Shown: positions 22,399 through 30,916 of the stretch, piece by piece
Numbering within the stretch: position 1 is the first letter of the stretch
How the letters are laid out: the number at the start of each line of letters is the position of its first letter
NCBI GenBank assembly: GCA_023229425.1
Contig: JALNZG010000006.1
Span: 117,130 to 181,129 of the forward strand
Length of the DNA: 64,000 nucleotides
Source of the DNA: Ignavibacteriaceae bacterium
Lineage (GTDB): Bacteria > Bacteroidota > Ignavibacteria > Ignavibacteriales > Ignavibacteriaceae
Direction: 5' to 3'
Program-made: the position numbers and the translations under genes
The notes under the pieces: generated by a model
Database searches by the model: none
The model's input: the letters and a program-made list of their open reading frames with translations, nothing else
Told to the model about the DNA's origin: nothing

Positions 22399-22502
22399 TT
22401 TTATTGATCCTCTACGATGTTTTAATTTTGACCTCGTAGAGGTCATATTATTGTAAAAACCAAAGCACTCACAAGGAGTAATCCTCGTAGAGGATTTATA
22501 AA
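22399..22502. repeat. REP-like GTAG hairpin block left of the transposase
   Basis: TGACCTC-GTA-GAGGTCA (22429-22445), AATCCTC-GTA-GAGGATT (22480-22496), plus a hybrid hairpin at 22406-22423. Confidence 0.9.
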
Positions 22503-22523
22503 CGCTTGCATTGTCAAGCACGG

Positions 22524-22988
22524 TTAATCAAAAAAATCAAACAAATATTTTTCATCATAAGCTATCTCAAACTTTTTAAGCAGTTCCGTATATTCCTGTC
22601 GGAAGGTTCTTTTTGTATGATGAATTTCTTGTTTAGCTATATAATTGTAAATAGTATCTAATTGGGATTTGCCGTATGAGAAAGCTCCATACCCCTCTTG
22701 CCAATGAAATTTTCCTCTGAACCAATCCTTCTGGTTTATAAATGTAGATGAATCCCTTTTTATACACGCTACAAGATCTGATATTTTATCATTGGGATTT
22801 AATCCTAATAATATATGAATATGATCTGGCATTCCGTTTATTATAAGGGATTTATGTTTTCTGTTTGTTATTATCCCGCTGATATAGCTGAATACTTCTC
22901 CTCTGATCTCCTTCCTTAATAATCGCTCCCGATACTTTACCGCAAATACCAAATGAGTATAGAGTTGTGTAAATGCGCCTGGTTTCAT
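22524..22988 (-). mobile_element. tnpA: IS200/IS605-family Y1 (HUH) transposase TnpA, REP-associated type
   Basis: HLVFAVKYR, MPDHIHIL (HUH), FHWQEGYGAFSY, NYIAKQEIHH (catalytic Tyr); no tnpB; probable start MKPGAF. Confidence 0.9.
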
Positions 22989-22999
22989 ATTAAGCTCCA

Positions 23000-23217
23000 T
23001 TTTATTGATCCTCTACGAGGATCAATTCTTTAAGATTACACGTTATTACCATAATTAAACATCTACGATGTTTTAACACATGTTCAATTCGTTTTTGTTG
23101 TTGTGTTCCATCTTCTATCATTATAATTCCGTACTGTAATTTTTGACCTCGTAGAGGTCATATTATTGTAAACAATAACTCTCTCGAAATATTTAATCCT
23201 CGTAGAGGATTTATAAA
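23000..23217. repeat. REP-like GTAG/CTAC hairpin block right of the transposase
   Basis: Four hairpins at 23004-23026, 23057-23073, 23144-23160 and 23195-23211. Confidence 0.9.
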
Positions 23218-23428
23218 TCATAGTATCTAATTACACCTCCGCAAATTCATTCCTATATCATTAGAAATCTCTCGAGTTAAAAGGGAACACCATTGTACAA
23301 TAGAAACAAATAACATTTTATCTAAGCACCCGTATTTGCGGAATGTCAGTGGAATTTATTTTTCTCTTGCCTGCCCGACTTTGGCGGAAATCAGTATTGT
23401 ATTACAAACACACTTTTAAGAACAACTT

Positions 23429-23442
23429 TCCGCCGCGGCGGA
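23429..23442. repeat. 14-bp perfect palindrome TCCGCCGCGGCGGA
   Basis: Identical to 54826-54839. Confidence 0.85.
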
Positions 23443-23489
23443 TTGAAAACAAACTTTATAATTACACAATTGCCACACTAAAAAACAGT

Positions 23490-24182
23490 TTACCCACCTT
23501 TGTTAGTAGCCACTACCATAATTGGATCCCCTTGATTGTATAAATAGTATTCTTGTCTAACAATTCCTATTTCGCTAATGTAAGTGACTAAAAATGTATT
23601 CTGAAAAACATGAATATTGTTAAGACTATCTTTTTCGTAATAATTGTCTTTAGAAACATACTTATTACAAATAAATTCACCCGCCGGTACATTTATTTGA
23701 CTATTCAATGAAGTCACTTGCATGGTATCGGCTATAACTTTATTAAAGGCAGAAGAATATCCTGGATTTACTTCGTATTGGGTATTAAGGGTTACATGAT
23801 ATTTATATAAAAGTACCGAAGTATCTCGACTCTCGTACTTTGCTGTTCTTTGATATTTTATTCTTTCGAAATAGCCTTCACTCTTTTCAATTGCCAGAGT
23901 CCGGAACGTCGTTAATGGTTCGGATATCTCCGAGTGAATAATAGAATATCGTTCACCATCGATTATTGTATCACTCAATACCCTTACAGCAAAACTCAAT
24001 TGTTTAGTTGAATTATTTGTGAGATCATAAACGTACATGTCATACGTCCACATATTGCCAATTATAAGATTCATCTTTAGCGAGGCATTTGGTACAATTT
24101 TACTATCCGCCGGATTATTGCTACATTTTTGTAGAGTTAATCCGAGTAAGACAATACTCAAAATTATAATTTTATGTTTCAT
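23490..24182 (-). CDS. Hypothetical lipoprotein
   Basis: Lipobox-like LQKC-SNNP, GNMWTY, INVPAGEF.C, IGIVRQ. Confidence 0.7.
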   Translation of the reverse strand: MKHKIIILSIVLLGLTLQKCSNNPADSKIVPNASLKMNLIIGNMWTYDMYVYDLTNNSTKQLSFAVRVLSDTIIDGERYSIIHSEISEPLTTFRTLAIEKSEGYFERIKYQRTAKYESRDTSVLLYKYHVTLNTQYEVNPGYSSAFNKVIADTMQVTSLNSQINVPAGEFICNKYVSKDNYYEKDSLNNIHVFQNTFLVTYISEIGIVRQEYYLYNQGDPIMVVATNKGG

Positions 24183-24308
24183 CCTAAAAAAATCTCCATC
24201 AATGCAACAAATTACAAGTTGTTAAACTCCAACACTGCCCTATTAATTATTTAATAATTTATTGTTCTTTTGTTTATCCGCATCGGTGGATGCAGCTAAC
24301 TACTTTAC

Positions 24309-24344
24309 TTCTAATTCGTAATTCCTAATTTCTAATTCCTAATT
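24309..24344 (-). repeat. GAATTAG-type heptamer array at the GHL10 gene stop
   Basis: ttct-aattcgt-aattcct-aatttct-aattcct-aatt on the + strand. Confidence 0.85.
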
Positions 24345-26718
24345 ATCTCAAAAAGATCATCTTCTTCGTATCATGATATTTTCCGGCGCGGATAGTATAA
24401 AAATAAACTCCGCTTGGAACATGATTATTAAGTGAATCAATCCCGTTCCATTCAACAGAATATTTTCCGGGAGATATATCTTCACTTACTAATGTTATAA
24501 CTTCGCCTCCCAGCATATCATAAATTCTTACTTCCACATATTCCGGCAAAGGAATTGCAAACCCGATAGTTGTTGAAGGATTGAATGGGTTAGGATAATT
24601 TTGTGAAAGTTCATAAAAATCCGGTAAAATATGTTCGTCTTCAACTTTAACTGTAGGTTGCGTTTTGAATCCAAAGGTAGAAGACCACAGACTTGTTCCA
24701 TATTGATTCATAGCAGCAACGCGCCAGAAATAATTTTTATTCAATACTAACTTTGAGAGCGAAAGAGTTGTATCAACTAAAACCGTATCAAGCAAAGTCG
24801 TTTGCGGTGTAATAGTTATGCTTGATGCAAATTGGAACCTGTATGAAGTCGCAACGTTTGATTTAGCCCATTTGAATGTTGGACTAAGTGAGACACCTAT
24901 GCTTGCGTGAACCGGTTCAAGCAAGGTTATTGCAGCCGGGAAACCGGTAGTGAAATTGAACGTTGAAGAATAACTGCTTTCTCCGGCTGGATTTGAAGCT
25001 TTTGCACGCCAATAATATTTTTTTAATCCCACCATCCCTGTCAATTTAAAAGAAGTATCCGTTAAAACGCTGTTGGCAAACAAGGTTCCTGTAAAAGCTT
25101 CGTTATCAGCTACCTGTAATTGATATTGAAAAGCATCTTTTGCATAATTCCATACCAACTTTATCGTATCTCTTTGATTAGTTCCATCATTTAAAGGATT
25201 AGCCAACACCGGAACAGGCGGTGGTAAAAGTTGAACCAAATTAGAAAGACCGCTTTCATTCCCGGTTCTATCTAATGCAGTTACTCCGAAAAAAAGATCT
25301 CCCTGTGTAGAAACAAGATTTTTCGGAGCGATCTGTTTTAGCGAGGTGATATCTATAATATTTTGGTTATCATCTAATTCAGATTGCAAAGGATTTGCCG
25401 AAGAAAACTTATACAAAACATAAAAGAAAGAAGAATCACCATCCATATCAAGTGTCCCTTTCTCCCAAACAAGTTTGTTTACGGAAGTTGCTGCATCTCT
25501 TTCTAAGCGCAAATTATTTGGAGCCATCGGCGGATTATTCACTTTCCAATTCATAATCGGAGTTAATGAAGGATATTTGTACAACGTGTTTCTCAAAGAA
25601 TCTGTAAATCCTAACCGATTCTCTAAAGTTGAACTAGTATTATATAAAACACTTCCCTGGCAAAAATTATCTGTCCGGTTTAGGCGGATCTGTCTTGGAA
25701 GTTCGTTAGCGTTAAAGGGATTGTTGATACGATAAACTGCATGACCAACGTACATGTGTCTTCCGTTAGCGCCGGCTGAGTCTGCCCACCAGGGCATTAA
25801 TTTGCCGTAATCTTGTCCGCCGCCAAATGCCCAATAAAGTTGCGGATTAATATAATCAATAGATTTAGCATGCAGCCACGCCATAGCATCGCAATAAATA
25901 GACTCATAATTATCATTCCCCGAAATTCCTGATGGATAATTTGGACGCCAAATTCCACGAGGACTTATTCCCCATTTAACAAAAGATTTAACTGCAGTGA
26001 TGCTATCACTTATCATTTTTACAAGTGTATTTACATTATTTCTGCGCCAGTCCGCAAGACCAAGACCTGAATTGTATGCAGCATAGGTTGCTGCATCATC
26101 AGTTGTTAGCATACCATCAAGGTAAAAATAATCGTCAAAATGAATACCGTCCACATCATATCGTTTCACAACATCCATGATAACAGAAAGCACATATTCT
26201 CTCACTTGAGGAATACCAGGATTAAGTATTTTTATAGGTGGATTAGTCCCTTTGGTGATTATCCACTCAGGATGCTTTTTCGAAACGTGATTACCTGAGA
26301 TTGTATAATTTCCAACACTTTTTTCAGCACGGTAAGGATTGAACCAGGCGTGCAATTCCATTCCCCGTTTGTGTGTTTCGTCAATTGCAAATTGCAGCGG
26401 GTCATAATATGGACTCGGCGCACTTCCTTGATTTCCGGTTAACCAATAAGACCAAGGTTCGATTGATGAATTATAAAGAGCGTCACATTCCGGTCTTATT
26501 TGAAACATAACTGCATTCACATTTACAGTTTTAAGTCCATCTAAAATATTGATCAAAGCTTGCTTTTGGGATTCTGATGAAGCTCCTCTTGTGGGCCAGT
26601 CGATATTTGTTACGGTGGCTATCCAGGCGCCTCTAAATTCACGTTTGGGTACAAATGTTTGAGCAAAAGTTGAGAGACTAAAGACGAGAAGTGACAGCAG
26701 TAGAATTATTTTTTTCAT
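24343..26718 (-). CDS. Glycosyl hydrolase-like 10 (DUF187/GHL10) with FN3 repeats and T9SS C-terminal domain
   Basis: REFRGAWIATVTNIDWP, ELHAWFNPYR, YDVDGIHFDDYFY; C-terminal LSQNYPNPFNPST...SGVYFY...KKMIFLR. Confidence 0.9.
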   Translation of the reverse strand: MKKIILLLSLLVFSLSTFAQTFVPKREFRGAWIATVTNIDWPTRGASSESQKQALINILDGLKTVNVNAVMFQIRPECDALYNSSIEPWSYWLTGNQGSAPSPYYDPLQFAIDETHKRGMELHAWFNPYRAEKSVGNYTISGNHVSKKHPEWIITKGTNPPIKILNPGIPQVREYVLSVIMDVVKRYDVDGIHFDDYFYLDGMLTTDDAATYAAYNSGLGLADWRRNNVNTLVKMISDSITAVKSFVKWGISPRGIWRPNYPSGISGNDNYESIYCDAMAWLHAKSIDYINPQLYWAFGGGQDYGKLMPWWADSAGANGRHMYVGHAVYRINNPFNANELPRQIRLNRTDNFCQGSVLYNTSSTLENRLGFTDSLRNTLYKYPSLTPIMNWKVNNPPMAPNNLRLERDAATSVNKLVWEKGTLDMDGDSSFFYVLYKFSSANPLQSELDDNQNIIDITSLKQIAPKNLVSTQGDLFFGVTALDRTGNESGLSNLVQLLPPPVPVLANPLNDGTNQRDTIKLVWNYAKDAFQYQLQVADNEAFTGTLFANSVLTDTSFKLTGMVGLKKYYWRAKASNPAGESSYSSTFNFTTGFPAAITLLEPVHASIGVSLSPTFKWAKSNVATSYRFQFASSITITPQTTLLDTVLVDTTLSLSKLVLNKNYFWRVAAMNQYGTSLWSSTFGFKTQPTVKVEDEHILPDFYELSQNYPNPFNPSTTIGFAIPLPEYVEVRIYDMLGGEVITLVSEDISPGKYSVEWNGIDSLNNHVPSGVYFYTIRAGKYHDTKKMIFLR

Positions 26719-26941
26719 GACCGATTCGCTTTTATTGAAATGTTTTATACAAAAATAAAGAATTAATCGTTAAACTACTACCATCGCTTTAGTGGCAAGT
26801 TAAAAGTAGAATGAGAAGAAAAAAAATGAGTTGATAAAACAGATTTGTCTTTTTGCCATTGTTCTCTAAAAGATTTATACTGAAATTAGAAGTGAAAATT
26901 TTTAGGTTTAACTAATCCCGGAAAAACGAAATCTTAATTAC

Positions 26942-27346
26942 ATGAAAAATATTCTCAATATAATATCCATATTTTCGATAATTCTTTTTGCTTTTATCGG
27001 TGGGTGTAAAGATACGGTAACAAATCAGCAAGTTGACGATACCATAATTCCGGCTTCAAATGTTTTATTCGGTAAACATATTCAGCCTATTTTTACAGTG
27101 AAGTGTACGAGTTCAGGTTGTCATGATGATGAAACTCGTGCAGGAAGTTTAAGTTTAACAAGTTGGACGAATGCACATATTCCGGGAATTATTAACGATT
27201 ATGAGCCTGCAACTTCGCGGTTAGTCTGGGCGATTGAAGGGCAATTAGGTTCAAACAGTATGCCTCCGTTTGGCTATCCCGCTTTAACGCAAAATCAAAT
27301 TGAGGGAATCATAACCTGGATAAAAGAAGGAGCGAAAAATAATTAG
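26942..27346 (+). CDS. Small lipoprotein, probable c-type cytochrome domain
   Basis: Lipobox IGGC; HIQPIF..KCTSSGCH, MPP, ITWIKEGAKNN. Confidence 0.7.
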   Translation: MKNILNIISIFSIILFAFIGGCKDTVTNQQVDDTIIPASNVLFGKHIQPIFTVKCTSSGCHDDETRAGSLSLTSWTNAHIPGIINDYEPATSRLVWAIEGQLGSNSMPPFGYPALTQNQIEGIITWIKEGAKNN

Positions 27347-27518
27347 GAATTAGGAATTACGAATTAGGATTGAAAATTTATAGAGTAAATAAACTTCATA
27401 ATTCAATATTCTCTGTTCGGTATTCAAATTAAGAACTTTGCTCTTTACTGTACAATTCAACTCAAATCTCCTAATTCCTAATTCTCACCGTGTCCGCCTC
27501 TGGCGGAATTCCTAATTC
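27341..27518. repeat. Inverted pair of GAATTAG heptamer arrays; right array interrupted by a 20-bp palindromic insert
   Basis: aattagg-aattagg-aattacg-aattagg at 27341-27368; ctaattc units at 27471-27518 with CCGTGTCCGCCTCTGGCGGA at 27488-27507. Confidence 0.85.
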
Positions 27519-27892
27519 TACAAAATGTATTTGCCGATCAACTTGCTAAAAGCCACAATATCAAATCCACCGGTAATGTCAAAGTGTATTGGACCAATTG
27601 AGCTTACGAAAATTTCAAGTTCACAATCCAAATCAATTAAGCCGGCAGTTTCAACTGAAAAAGTTTGGATTCGGCTGTATGGGATTGAAGTAAAGTCAAT
27701 TTTCTTCCCGGTTATTCCTTGCACATTTGCCGCTATTATTCGTTTGTCGGTAAAGACGAGCTGATCTCTTACCGTTTTAAAAGCAGCAAAAACATTTTCA
27801 TCATCAAGAAACATTTTGTGCATAATGTCGATGATCTCTTCAATCTTAATTGGTTTCAACTTAAGGAACGTAGCATTTTTGAAATCTATCAT
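27518..27892 (-). CDS. Bacterial PH domain protein (bPH_1)
   Basis: FKTVRDQLVFTDKRII, QGITGKK, IPYSRIQTFSVETAGLIDLDCEL. Confidence 0.9.
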   Translation of the reverse strand: MIDFKNATFLKLKPIKIEEIIDIMHKMFLDDENVFAAFKTVRDQLVFTDKRIIAANVQGITGKKIDFTSIPYSRIQTFSVETAGLIDLDCELEIFVSSIGPIHFDITGGFDIVAFSKLIGKYIL

Positions 27893-28541
27893 AACAAATC
27901 TCCTTTGTTCTAAAATCTCTCACTATTTTGAGTGCAATATAATAATCCTCCGTGATAATTGAATTCCAATTTGGCACACACTTCAAAGGTAACTGAACGC
28001 TCGTCACGCATCAGCGTGATTGCCTGCGATGGAAATAATAATCGCCAAACATAGGAAGCCGTTAAGACTGCTCAGTTTCAATTATCTAAACAAATAGAAC
28101 GACAATAATTAAGAATGAGTTATTGTTCATCCTAAAAAATCACTCAACAATTTCAAAAGACGGAAAGCTGAACTTTGGCAGGACGAAAAAGATGATCTTA
28201 ACGAAATAATGTTTCGAGAAGTTCTATTCCATCAGCCCCCTTCGCCTTTATTCCTTTCTAATGATAAGCACAAAGAGATTTTGTGAGCAGCACGAATGTA
28301 AAGTTGAACAGAAAACCAGAAGTTGGGAAGGCAGAAGTGAAAGTTGACATAGAATATATTTTTAAATTATCTTGATTTTAGAGTAAATTAGTTTTAGGTT
28401 AATACTATAAATTAGACAAGGAAAATAACTTAGGGAAAAGTCACTTGGATGGATGTTTAATAATTGGTATAAAAAAACTTCTAAAGAGATTCTACCCTCT
28501 TTCATGTTATTCTATTATTGTAAATCAAGAACGAAAAACAA

Positions 28542-29927
28542 ATGGAATTTATTGAAGGGCAAACGCTCAATAATATTATCGGAAAAGAGGTAGGTCCCAT
28601 TCCCTACGAAAAAGTGCTCCCTCTCTTTACCCAAATTCTTGAAGAGATCAGTTACGCTCATCGGCAAGGGGTTGTTCACCCCGATCTTAATCCAATTAAC
28701 ATTATCCTTACTCCGGAAAACAAAATAAAAATAACCGATTCCGGTATTACCGGTAAAAAGAGTCAAACCCAAACACCAAAAACCGGCACAAAGAGGGGGA
28801 CACTTTTTTATAAATCACTCGAGCAACTTCGGGGTGAAAATGTTGATAAGCAATCCGATATTTACAGTTTGGGAATTATCCTTTATGAAATGCTTGCCGG
28901 AAGATTGCCATTCGATAAGTATGAAAAGATGAGCGATTTTACGCTGATGAACAAAATTGTTAGCGAAAAACTAGACGATCCTCGAGAATTTTATCCTCAC
29001 ATACCCGAATGGCTTGTAAACATAATTCATAAAGCTACAGCAAAGGAAAAATCCGAAAGGATAAAAACTGCCGATTCTTTTATCTCATTATTAAAAACCG
29101 GAAAAGAGACTTTTGAGAAGCAAGTTCAAGAAGAGCTTGAAAAAGAGAAACGACTCCGTAAAGAAAGAGAAGATTCTGAAAAGAAAGCTCAAGAAAAAAT
29201 TTTAACAGTAAGGCAACTGAAAAGAGAAAAAGAAATAACAAGACCAACTGAACAAGAGCCCTCGATAAAAGAGCCAAACAAAGGGAAAGCGAAAAGCATT
29301 AAAGGAAGGAAGAAGAAAATCGTAGTTATTCTTTATTTAGTTTTTTGGATAGCAGTAGCATCGGCGTCTTTTTTGATTATTTATGATAATAAAACTATAG
29401 ACAGCGAATGGATGACTGAAAACCTAAATATTGCCTATTACAGAAATGGGGATTCGATTCCTGAAGTAACAGACCCGAAAAAATGGGCAAAGTTAAAAAC
29501 CGGCGCTTGGTGTTATTATGATAATGAGCCGGAGAATGGTAAGGAATATGGAAAGTTATATAATTGGTATGCAGTAAATGACCCGAGAGGATTAGCCCCG
29601 GAAGGATGGCATATACCGACGATTGAAGAATTAACAAAAGCAGTAAATAATGATGGTGATGCATTAAAAGCGATGGGATATGGAAGCGGCAAAAACACAA
29701 GCGGCTTCTCTGCATTGCTCGCGGGCTACCGCGACAGCGTTGGTTACTTTTACGATTTGGGTTACGTCCCTTACTTTTGGAGTTCTACGGAGTACGATAC
29801 AGTGAGCGCATACGATTTGGTTCTGCCCTACCACGACAGCAATGTCACTTTGTCACATAACAGTAAGGCTTACGGCTTTAGTGTTCGCTACCTTAAAGAT
29901 AAAAAGAAGCTGGTACTTATACAATAA
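28542..29927 (+). CDS. Degenerate Ser/Thr kinase C-lobe, coiled coil, TM helix and Fib_succ_major (FISUMP) domain
   Basis: MEFIEG hinge, HPDLNPIN, TDSG, SDIYSLG; TM IVVILYLVFWIAVASASFLIIY; WMTENLN, YGKLYNWYAV, PEGWHIPT, YFWSST. Confidence 0.8.
   Translation: MEFIEGQTLNNIIGKEVGPIPYEKVLPLFTQILEEISYAHRQGVVHPDLNPINIILTPENKIKITDSGITGKKSQTQTPKTGTKRGTLFYKSLEQLRGENVDKQSDIYSLGIILYEMLAGRLPFDKYEKMSDFTLMNKIVSEKLDDPREFYPHIPEWLVNIIHKATAKEKSERIKTADSFISLLKTGKETFEKQVQEELEKEKRLRKEREDSEKKAQEKILTVRQLKREKEITRPTEQEPSIKEPNKGKAKSIKGRKKKIVVILYLVFWIAVASASFLIIYDNKTIDSEWMTENLNIAYYRNGDSIPEVTDPKKWAKLKTGAWCYYDNEPENGKEYGKLYNWYAVNDPRGLAPEGWHIPTIEELTKAVNNDGDALKAMGYGSGKNTSGFSALLAGYRDSVGYFYDLGYVPYFWSSTEYDTVSAYDLVLPYHDSNVTLSHNSKAYGFSVRYLKDKKKLVLIQ
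29694..29900 (+). other. DGR variable-region-like segment 1
   Basis: 207 nt, gap-free alignment to 31991-32197 and 33705-33911; variable codons keep their third base. Confidence 0.65.
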
Positions 29928-30085
29928 ATTTTAGCGCAGAAGACTTTCTTCGGGAGTTTATTTGTACAGCATTAATGCAGTGTCGGTGGATGGGAAACAG
30001 AATTTTAGAGCAACTAAAAAAATGATAGTTCTAAAATAGAATTAAAACAAACAGAAACGGTATAAGCGAATCAATCCTAGGAGTT

Positions 30086-30808
30086 ATGAAAACAAAAAAA
30101 ACATCCTTAACTATTAAAATACTTCTAGTGCTAAGTGTTTTTATCTTATCAATTATTTCACTTAAATGCAATTATGGGGAAGAACATGATGCTGGAGGGA
30201 TTGTTAATTTTATAATAGTCGTTGATTCGGATATGGATTCATTGACGGTATCAAACTATGACATTTTTAGTGCTGATGTAATAAAAATAAATATCAAAGA
30301 ATTTCCATGGTCGTATAAATACAAAGATGCATTTTCAAACAGCCAGCCTTGGTTTTTCAAAAGTTACAATGATTCTGGTTACATTAAAATTGCTTTTTAT
30401 AGTAGTGAATTAGAAAATGATAATAAATATGTGTTAAGAGATTCAATAAGATATTATGCTCCCTTTAATGATTTTAGTATGCAGTGGGCATCAGAAGAAA
30501 AAGTAAATTACAATTATAAAATGTCGGCACAGCCTGATTCGGTAAAAATTAAATTGGGATGGGATGCAGAGTGGGCAGATTATAGCACAGATACACTTAT
30601 TACAAATCACTATTGGTCGTTAACTGAATTTGGAGGTCGATATGACATGTTAAGAGGAATGATAATTAATCCAACAGAGACAGATAATTGCAAGTTTCAA
30701 TTCACCAGTTCAGGGAAAGTCGGTAGAAATTACAAGTCGTTTTATATACCAAAAAATGATACGGTTTATTTTAAGATATACAAGGGGTTATTAACAGTTT
30801 TGCAGTAG
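30086..30808 (+). CDS. Hypothetical exported protein or lipoprotein
   Basis: GGAG RBS, hydrophobic N-terminus ending in SLKC. Confidence 0.65.
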   Translation: MKTKKTSLTIKILLVLSVFILSIISLKCNYGEEHDAGGIVNFIIVVDSDMDSLTVSNYDIFSADVIKINIKEFPWSYKYKDAFSNSQPWFFKSYNDSGYIKIAFYSSELENDNKYVLRDSIRYYAPFNDFSMQWASEEKVNYNYKMSAQPDSVKIKLGWDAEWADYSTDTLITNHYWSLTEFGGRYDMLRGMIINPTETDNCKFQFTSSGKVGRNYKSFYIPKNDTVYFKIYKGLLTVLQ

Positions 30809-30916
30809 TGAGAAAGCATAGGATTTGTTCATCCAAGTGTTGTTAGATGGAAAGGGAAAGTTTAGAGCAACTAAAAAAATGTTGTTGATGAAATAAAAAT
30901 TCAGACAAGGTGTTTT

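Noticed and set aside
22399..23217. Hairpin repeats at about 50-bp spacing as a CRISPR array
   Set aside because: Repeats vary in stem and orientation, flank a transposase, and no cas genes are present
27960..28150. Decayed - strand gene starting near 28130, sharing TTCATCCTAAAAAA with the start region at 24178
   Set aside because: Stops after 14 codons and the match is short and AT-rich; not enough support
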